DNA from: a virus | DNA length: 64,000 nucleotides | Virus record (IMG/VR): IMGVR_UViG_3300048839_001249 | Coordinates: 28,689-92,688 of that record | Strand: one strand, 5' to 3' | In this document: positions 57,755 through 64,000 of the stretch, piece by piece | Layout of the letters: each line of letters begins with the position of its first letter | Numbering within the stretch: position 1 is the stretch's first letter | Program-made: the position numbers and the translations under genes | Notes under the pieces: generated by a model | The model's database searches: none | What the model saw: the letters and a program-made list of their open reading frames with translations, nothing else | What the model was told of the DNA's origin: nothing

Positions 57755-59712
57755 AGTATTTGTATTTGTCTGATTACTTTATTTACTTGTTCAATATAAT
57801 AATCATAATTTATATTCTTTTTCATTTCAATGAGTTTTTTATCTGTAACATGATTCATTTCTTCACATGAAAATCCTGCTTCTACCATAAATTCCCTTTC
57901 ATTTTGCATACCTATCAATGGTGGCATTATTTTGACAAATGTATTTCCATTATTGGATACATAATATCTTGTAACATTTTGTAGTTGTTCTTCTCTTAAA
58001 ATATTACTTTCATTGTCATAATCTCTTCTTACAAGTTTTGTTGTTTTATCAAATTTTGTTCTCAGGAAGAAATCATATAAATCAGGATGAGATTTAATAA
58101 AATCTTCTGGTTTAGTTCCATGTAAATAATATGCTTCTAATGCTTTTGGTACAACTAACATACTAAAATCTTTATGGTATTCTTTATTTTTTGCATGATC
58201 ATATTCAAAAGCACCTTTTCTTTTGGTTTTACCATTTATATCTACTGCCAAATAAGAGTTTACATCACGTTGTACAAATAGGTTATATTCTTTTATATCA
58301 AGTTTTAGTTTTGTTAGTTTCATCCAATCATCAAGAATACTTTCTATTGTACTTTTAAAATTTCGTTTAGCCAGTATAAATATACCATCAGTATTTACTT
58401 GAATTATTTTTGATGCTCCCCACAACCATTCTGTTAACATACTTAGTAATAATTGTCCGTTGACACATATACTCATCATAAATTGTGGATCATACATTGG
58501 TGAGAATTGACTATTACTTTTACCATATAATGCACCATTTAAAGATAATTTTACAGCTTTTACTGTTTGTTCATCTCCTGTTTTCTTAGCTTCCATTCTC
58601 TGTCCATACAACATTCTAATTATACTAATAAATATTTCTTTAGGTATATGTGCTGGATGAAATCCATTTTCTGCAGCTAAATTTGGATAATAAGAACTTA
58701 CATCAATATGATAAATTGTATCTTTTTCATTGGATTTAAATAAATATCCTCCGCAATCACCATGTAACCCACCAGTACCAAAATTAACTTGAAAATCATC
58801 ATTAATCAAAATATTAAGATTTTTGAGCTTACCTTTAACTGTTTTATTATTACAATATGGTAATAGTGGCTCTACATCTTTCATGTTTAGATTAGTGAAT
58901 TGCCCTTTTGTCTGTGTGATTGTTTTATTTTTCCACCAATCTAGTAAAACATTAAATTCTTTTCGTTTAAAATTAATATAAGGCAAAATAATATCACTCA
59001 TTTTCATTTCTGATCTATGAGTCCTCATTTTCCTTACAGTAGCAATGTCAATATTAAGATTTTTTGCAATAGCATCAATAAGAATATATTCTCCTATTTT
59101 TACATCATTGTAGTTTGTAAAATCATGTCTATAAATCTTGGAAAATCTTCTTCTAAAATCAATAGCATCTGTATTTTCAAGAAAGAATTTATATGTGGCA
59201 TTTACATCATTTTTACAATACTCTTTTACAATCTCAACTTCTTCTTTTGTTAAAAAATGTTTTCCTTTAAATGGTAACTCTATGATGTTATCCATTTTCA
59301 TGTTAAATTCGAGAACTTTTAATGATGTAGCTTTTGCAAAATTATCATAATGATTGATGAGAAGAAGATCAATTTGTGGTACTAATGGATGTCTTACTGT
59401 ACTAGCATGTTTATTTTCATGGTTAATAATTTTCATCATTTCTACATTCAATTTTCTTACCATTTCTTTTGGTTTTTCTTTCTTTCTAACCATTTTTATA
59501 AGGAAATGTAGCAATGGATAATCAAATCTTACATTATTAAATCCTATCATTGCTTCCAATGTTGTCAAATGCATCATTAATTCATGAATATCAGTCTTAT
59601 AAGGTGATATTTCAAATACCTTATGTGGTTTTTCTGGATTTTGCACTGATTTACTCACCAGTAAAAATAAGTTATCGTATATTTCTGTATCATATACTAC
59701 TATTTCTTTCAT
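57751..59712 (-). CDS. polB: Family B DNA polymerase with 3'-5' exonuclease
   Basis: Exonuclease motifs YDTE, GFNN..FD, YC.ND; polymerase motifs DVSSYYPN, KLSLNGALYGK, NTDG. Confidence 0.9.
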   Translation of the reverse strand: MKEIVVYDTEIYDNLFLLVSKSVQNPEKPHKVFEISPYKTDIHELMMHLTTLEAMIGFNNVRFDYPLLHFLIKMVRKKEKPKEMVRKLNVEMMKIINHENKHASTVRHPLVPQIDLLLINHYDNFAKATSLKVLEFNMKMDNIIELPFKGKHFLTKEEVEIVKEYCKNDVNATYKFFLENTDAIDFRRRFSKIYRHDFTNYNDVKIGEYILIDAIAKNLNIDIATVRKMRTHRSEMKMSDIILPYINFKRKEFNVLLDWWKNKTITQTKGQFTNLNMKDVEPLLPYCNNKTVKGKLKNLNILINDDFQVNFGTGGLHGDCGGYLFKSNEKDTIYHIDVSSYYPNLAAENGFHPAHIPKEIFISIIRMLYGQRMEAKKTGDEQTVKAVKLSLNGALYGKSNSQFSPMYDPQFMMSICVNGQLLLSMLTEWLWGASKIIQVNTDGIFILAKRNFKSTIESILDDWMKLTKLKLDIKEYNLFVQRDVNSYLAVDINGKTKRKGAFEYDHAKNKEYHKDFSMLVVPKALEAYYLHGTKPEDFIKSHPDLYDFFLRTKFDKTTKLVRRDYDNESNILREEQLQNVTRYYVSNNGNTFVKIMPPLIGMQNEREFMVEAGFSCEEMNHVTDKKLIEMKKNINYDYYIEQVNKVIRQIQIL

Positions 59713-59808
59713 GAATGTACTTTTTAGTTAACAAGATTATTATATATTTTTCACCATGATAAGATGGGGTTTGAATTTTGGTTGGCGATTTGTCTGCTTA
59801 CTGAAAAT

Positions 59809-59840
59809 AAAAAAGCAGGTAAACATGTCCATTTACCTGC
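59809..59840 (-). terminator. Intrinsic terminator
   Basis: GCAGGTAAA-8 nt loop-TTTACCTGC followed by TTTTTT on the minus strand. Confidence 0.8.
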
Positions 59841-59881
59841 CTTAATTAATTAACCAAAATTCTAAAGAATGAAAAAACAAT
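59809..59881 (-). ncRNA. Candidate small RNA or leader RNA of about 70 nt
   Basis: Lies between the promoter at 59888-59918 and the terminator at 59840-59809. Confidence 0.4.
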
Positions 59882-59887
59882 CTTTAG

Positions 59888-59918
59888 CAAAGGTAATATT
59901 TTTTTAGTGTCGTGTCAA
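59888..59918 (-). promoter_or_regulatory. Bacteroidota promoter TTG-N20-TACCTTTG
   Basis: Minus-strand TTG at 59918-59916, 20-nt spacer, TACCTTTG at 59895-59888. Confidence 0.6.
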
Positions 59919-60239
59919 GTTTTCTTCAAAAAATTTTTCAGCATTATAATCATCATTATAGATCATATATTTATCTTTTGTGCTGATAATCAGTAAGTCA
60001 CCAGATAATTCTACCAGTCTGTTTTTTGAGTCATAGAAATAGTAACCATCTGAATTTTCAGAATCATTGAGTATTCCACTGAATTCAAAAACATTGATCA
60101 GTACACCACCTGAATATTGTTCAATGTGATAAAATCTGTCACTGGTTTGCATTTGCTTGTTGAGTCTTTCACAACTTCTTTGACAACTTGCAAGTGTAAC
60201 AAGTAATAGTAATCCGATAATAATTTTAACTGTTTTCAT
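59904..60239 (-). CDS. Lipoprotein
   Basis: Signal peptide with an LASC lipobox. Confidence 0.75.
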   Translation of the reverse strand: MKTVKIIIGLLLLVTLASCQRSCERLNKQMQTSDRFYHIEQYSGGVLINVFEFSGILNDSENSDGYYFYDSKNRLVELSGDLLIISTKDKYMIYNDDYNAEKFFEENLTRH

Positions 60240-60240
60240 T

Positions 60241-60495
60241 TTATTCTATTATGGTTAGTGTTTTTACAATGTTTTTATTGACTTCTGTATTATTTTGAAG
60301 TATAAAACATTCTCTAAATAAAGAGTAGTTTGTTATCATAAGAGTATCATTATTAATGACAATCTTCTTTCCTACATAGCTTTTCATCTCTGTATCTGCA
60401 TTTGTTAGCTTGTTAGTTTTTGTAATTATAATATACATAAAAGATACTGCAAGTATGATAGCTAATATAATTAATACTTTTGTTATTGTACTCAT
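60241..60495 (-). CDS. Membrane-anchored hypothetical protein
   Basis: N-terminal TM segment. Confidence 0.65.
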   Translation of the reverse strand: MSTITKVLIILAIILAVSFMYIIITKTNKLTNADTEMKSYVGKKIVINNDTLMITNYSLFRECFILQNNTEVNKNIVKTLTIIE

Positions 60496-61616
60496 ATTAT
60501 TGGTTTTATGTTACTAGATACTGGTGATTCACTTATATATGTTACTGGAATTTTCAATACTTTTGCAATGTATTTTACAAATTCCTCTTTTGTGGATAGT
60601 TTTACAACATTATTTTGATGTGATAGTAGATATTCTTTTAAATGATCTACACAAGTTACAACAAGTATCTTATTGATAAAATCATTTATAAGTCTTTCAG
60701 AATATAGTGCATATTTCAGTAAATCAACATCTAACATTGACTTTCTGAATTCTCCCTGATAATTGCTGACATTAGTTTCATCTGGATTGTCAATTATATG
60801 ATCTGAAAATTCTGTGGTCATTGGCCCGTTTCCATGTCTTGTTTGATAAGCTCTTGTAACAAGATAAATTTGAGTGTTATGTTGAGTAAATTTCATAATA
60901 TTACTTAATCCTGTATTTGATCTTGTTACATGTGGAAAAAAGCCAATATTCTGATCAAGCATAAGTCCTTGGCTACCTTCAAATATTACATTAGCTTCAT
61001 ATATTCCATCATTTATTTTGCTAATCTTTGATAATCCTTTGATTTGATTTTCAAATACTTTCCAGTTAATATTAATACCAATATTTGATATATCATAACC
61101 AAATTCTTTAATCATCTTAGCATTATAATAGTTATAAATGAGTTTGAATTTCTTTTTTGCTATATTTGGAAATAGTAAGTCTCCTGCCAATAAATGATAA
61201 TGGTCTTCTTCTCTTTGAATTGTTGTTCCTACACCAACACCAACACTACCATGACCCATACGATCATTATACATTTTATTGTATATTTTATCAAAGATTG
61301 TTGTTACAGGACAACTTTTGTCAATGAGTAATTTTGGTATATTACTCATTTTAGTTTGTAGTGAATAGTACTCATTGATTATGCTTACAGGATCAATTAC
61401 TATTTCTAACAAATATGTAGGTATTCTTCTTAGTGTTCCTGAACCATAGCTTGAGAATATATGTTTAGTATTATCATCTAATACCACAGTATGACCAGCT
61501 TGATGTCCACCAGAAAATCTGATTACAGTTTTATAGCTTCCTGTATTTGCAAGCCAATCTGTAACTAAACCTTTACCTTCATCTCCGAATCCTAATCCTA
61601 TTACTGCTGCTTTCAT
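60492..61616 (-). CDS. purA: Divergent adenylosuccinate synthetase-family protein
   Basis: GDEGKG, GGHQAGHTV, FEGSQGLMLD, PHVT and TRHGNGP motifs. Confidence 0.85.
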   Translation of the reverse strand: MKAAVIGLGFGDEGKGLVTDWLANTGSYKTVIRFSGGHQAGHTVVLDDNTKHIFSSYGSGTLRRIPTYLLEIVIDPVSIINEYYSLQTKMSNIPKLLIDKSCPVTTIFDKIYNKMYNDRMGHGSVGVGVGTTIQREEDHYHLLAGDLLFPNIAKKKFKLIYNYYNAKMIKEFGYDISNIGININWKVFENQIKGLSKISKINDGIYEANVIFEGSQGLMLDQNIGFFPHVTRSNTGLSNIMKFTQHNTQIYLVTRAYQTRHGNGPMTTEFSDHIIDNPDETNVSNYQGEFRKSMLDVDLLKYALYSERLINDFINKILVVTCVDHLKEYLLSHQNNVVKLSTKEEFVKYIAKVLKIPVTYISESPVSSNIKPII

Positions 61617-62425
61617 TTTGTTGAATTTTTAATTTTGTCAATTAATCTTTTATACTCATCAATTCTTGAGCCTCTCCATCTTTCTCCAACATAAGCACAT
61701 GCATTGTAAGCCAAATTATCATGTTTTATTTCATCGGCATACCAATTATCAAGTGCCTTCAATGAATTTGGAGTGATAAAGTAGATGTTTTTATTCAAGA
61801 AAAGATGGCAAAACTTATTGTTTAATTTCCATGATTCTTCCTGAGACAGTAAAATATATGGAATATCAAGAATTTCCTTACTTATTTCAGTTTCCTTGAA
61901 TTCTTTATCTTCATCAGAACCTGTCATTAACCATCTTATTTCTTTTATATCTAAAACACCATCAAGAACTTGTTTTGTTACGGTTTTTGCTAAGAACCAT
62001 ATATTATTAAATTCTTCAATTGATATGGTTTTATAGGTTGAAAAATCATAATAGTTATTGTTGTCTGTTAAGTATAATTTACCATTATAACCTTTGTAAT
62101 TAGTTTCAAGAGTTTCTATTGCATAATTTCTATAATATGTATCAGGAAATTCTTTAATAGAAATTCTTTTTGCATGGACACCAATATAGTACCTTCTTTC
62201 ACTAAACTCATTTTCAGAATTATCTTCTATCATTTCATAAGAAATATGATGTACTATATGAGCAAATCTTGATTTTTTACTTGATTTGATAATCCTTACC
62301 TCAACAGTTCCTTCAAGTTTTTTGAGTTCTTCATATCTTTTCAAAAGCTTTTCTTTATCAGATTCGACTTTAAGTCTTTTTTGCTTTAACTCAAGCTCTT
62401 TTATTTCTTGTTCAATTGTTGTCAT
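61613..62425 (-). CDS. Hypothetical protein with N-terminal coiled coil
   Basis: 270-aa coupled ORF. Confidence 0.65.
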   Translation of the reverse strand: MTTIEQEIKELELKQKRLKVESDKEKLLKRYEELKKLEGTVEVRIIKSSKKSRFAHIVHHISYEMIEDNSENEFSERRYYIGVHAKRISIKEFPDTYYRNYAIETLETNYKGYNGKLYLTDNNNYYDFSTYKTISIEEFNNIWFLAKTVTKQVLDGVLDIKEIRWLMTGSDEDKEFKETEISKEILDIPYILLSQEESWKLNNKFCHLFLNKNIYFITPNSLKALDNWYADEIKHDNLAYNACAYVGERWRGSRIDEYKRLIDKIKNSTK

Positions 62426-62673
62426 AATTCTTGGCTTTTAAAAATTCTGTAGTCTTTAACTTTTAAAAATGATATTAATCTTGTATTACAGAAGTTGTCG
62501 AATGCTTCTTTCATTGTCCATTCCTGCATGTTATATGTAACACTGTCTTTTTTTCCGTCTATAAATATTTCTCCCCCATCGTTAATTTTAATTTTTACTG
62601 GTAACTGCAGTATCAATCCTCTAAAAGTTTCAGCATAATAAATTTTGCGGTCTAAATAAATTGCTATATACAT
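62422..62673 (-). CDS. Hypothetical protein
   Basis: 83-aa coupled ORF. Confidence 0.6.
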   Translation of the reverse strand: MYIAIYLDRKIYYAETFRGLILQLPVKIKINDGGEIFIDGKKDSVTYNMQEWTMKEAFDNFCNTRLISFLKVKDYRIFKSQEL

Positions 62674-62695
62674 TGTTTGTTTGTTTTAAAGTTTG

Positions 62696-62796
62696 CTTCC
62701 GGGGCAGGACTTGAACCTGCATTTAAACTCCGAAGAGCCAGACTCAATTTGCTGTCTAATATTTCGCCTTGCGTCTACCAATTCCGCCACCCGGAA
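62696..62796 (-). tRNA. tRNA-like RNA (Leu-type D arm, non-canonical anticodon region)
   Basis: 7-bp acceptor stem TTCCGGG/CCCGGAA, D arm GCG-GAATTGGTAGA-CGC, T arm GCAGG-TTCAAGT-CCTGC. Confidence 0.7.
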
Positions 62797-62806
62797 AACC
62801 ATTCAT

Positions 62807-62977
62807 TTATTCTTCTTCTCCTTCAAAGAGTTTGTCAGCTTCTTCAACACAGAAATCTGAAATTTCATTAAGGAATTCTTCCTTATCATCTACAGATTCT
62901 ATTGTTGCAAGTTTGCTGTTGATCAATTCTTTTACCTGATCAATTGGTTTTGCATCTGCATGTGCTGTGTTTCCCAT
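62807..62977 (-). CDS. 56-aa acidic protein MGNTAHADAKPIDQVKELINSKLATIESVDDKEEFLNEISDFCVEEADKLFEGEEE
   Basis: Read by hand; its ATG overlaps the vWA stop codon (TAATG). Confidence 0.6.
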   Translation of the reverse strand: MGNTAHADAKPIDQVKELINSKLATIESVDDKEEFLNEISDFCVEEADKLFEGEEE

Positions 62978-63840
62978 TAAAGTAAATGTTTTTTAGGTTT
63001 GATACTTGAATTAATTGAACTGTGAATTTCTGTTTTGTGTTTGATGATAATTTCATTAATTGTAGTTGATATCTTACGATAGTCTTCTATGATAATTAGA
63101 TTCTCACCCATTAGTTCTCTCCATCCATTCATTACATCTTCTCTCTCACCTTGCCATCCTTCTTTTATGTGTAAATGATAAACATGGTATTTATCTTGTG
63201 CTGCTTTTAATAAATCTTTTGATGTTTGATCTGTCAATTGAGGATGAGCTGCTGATGATCCCATTATTTTTCTTAAGGTTCCATTGTCAATAGTAGGAAG
63301 TACAGGCTCATCTCCAATTGTAAACAAGAACCCTTTTTGATTTCTTTTTTCAAAGCAATCAATGGATGTATGATTTGCTGCAAAATACCATGCAAGCATG
63401 TAGCTTTCACCATTATTTCCTCCACCTTTACCTTCAAGATATACTTTTGTAAGCCATTTGTCAAGTAATTCATCACTTGTTTCAAACTGACTTATTTGTA
63501 AAGGTGCATTATCATAAACATGATCTCCTATACCTATAAAAAGTATTTGAGGATGTTCAATTCCTGTTTCCATGAGACCACTCATAATTGATGGTAAACC
63601 ATCTTTTATAAGTTCATGTGGAATTCGTTTCATTGAACCAGTTTCATCTAATGCTAAAATAATAGCCAATGATTCAGGATGTTCTTCTGAATCTCTTGAT
63701 TCTCTTATTTTAACATCATAAGGATTCATTAGATTATCAATGCTACGATTTGTGAATATTTCCTCTGTACTTTTTGTGTAGTATCCTTCTGCTGTACTTC
63801 TTAGTGTTCTGTTTTCTGTACTATAATTTCCAAATCCCAT
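62977..63840 (-). CDS. vWA (MIDAS) domain protein
   Basis: LALDETGSM MIDAS motif, GIGD, GGGN.GESY, FTIGDEP. Confidence 0.85.
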   Translation of the reverse strand: MGFGNYSTENRTLRSTAEGYYTKSTEEIFTNRSIDNLMNPYDVKIRESRDSEEHPESLAIILALDETGSMKRIPHELIKDGLPSIMSGLMETGIEHPQILFIGIGDHVYDNAPLQISQFETSDELLDKWLTKVYLEGKGGGNNGESYMLAWYFAANHTSIDCFEKRNQKGFLFTIGDEPVLPTIDNGTLRKIMGSSAAHPQLTDQTSKDLLKAAQDKYHVYHLHIKEGWQGEREDVMNGWRELMGENLIIIEDYRKISTTINEIIIKHKTEIHSSINSSIKPKKHLL

Positions 63841-63843
63841 GAT

Positions 63844-63999
63844 TTAAAGATTGAATGTTTCACCATAGAGTTCTTCGTACCTTGTTTTTGCAAGATTAAA
63901 TCTGATTTGAGCATCACGAATTTCAATGCCTAGTTCATCATCTATTTCCATAAATGAATTAGCATCAAAATCTTTTGCTGGTGTAAGGCTTCCAGCATG
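63844..63999 (-). CDS. C-terminal fragment of a helical protein upstream of the vWA gene
   Basis: Open frame from the window edge (HAGSLTPAKDFDANSF...RYEELYGETFNL*), stopping 3 nt before the vWA ATG. Confidence 0.65.
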   Translation of the reverse strand, partial: HAGSLTPAKDFDANSFMEIDDELGIEIRDAQIRFNLAKTRYEELYGETFNL

Positions 64000-64000
64000 G

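Noticed and set aside
54334-59712. Inteins or self-splicing introns in polB, dnaB or the SF2 helicase
   Set aside because: Protein sizes are ordinary and no C...HN splice motifs or homing endonuclease signatures were seen.
60492-61616. PurZ / Z-genome (diaminopurine) system
   Set aside because: The motif is GDEGKG rather than the PurZ-type Ser motif, and no DatZ- or MazZ-like gene was recognised in the window.
62677-62871. Plus-strand 64-aa ORF
   Set aside because: It is the antisense reading of the tRNA-like element.
1-64000. Stop-codon reassignment, known in some crAss-like phages
   Set aside because: Very long ORFs are intact and tile densely in the standard code; TAA, TGA and TAG all appear as coupled gene ends.

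Overview
AT-rich 64 kb segment of a crAss-like (Crassvirales-type) phage genome, probably infecting a Bacteroidota host, read in the standard genetic code. The + strand arm (1-42185) carries virion and late genes. These include a 5'-truncated, repeat-rich fibre-like protein, a sugar acetyltransferase, a permuted NlpC/P60 enzyme, holin-like membrane proteins, a PD-(D/E)XK nuclease, IHF-like and tail ring proteins, the muzzle and cargo proteins. This arm also encodes a 5366-aa virion RNA polymerase (DFDIDK) fused to ASCH-like, zincin, SLOG-like, A1S_2505-like and SF1 helicase domains. The - strand arm (42413-64000) carries replication genes (PolB, SF2 helicase, DnaB, AAA ATPase, SSB-like, primase, UDG, nucleases) and a vWA/adenylosuccinate-synthetase-like module. 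The two arms converge on a bidirectional terminator near 42200. Main highlights: (1) an apparently complete phage ubiquitin-like conjugation operon (Ubl precursor ending at Gly76, E2-like, JAB, E1/ThiF) inside the replication block; (2) an extreme density of the Bacteroidota O-glycosylation sequon D-(S/T)-(A/I/L/V/M/T) in the fibre-like protein, close to a sugar acetyltransferase gene; (3) two promoter-plus-terminator small RNA candidates; (4) a tRNA-like RNA with a remodelled anticodon region. All assignments come from motif recognition by eye; no searches were run.
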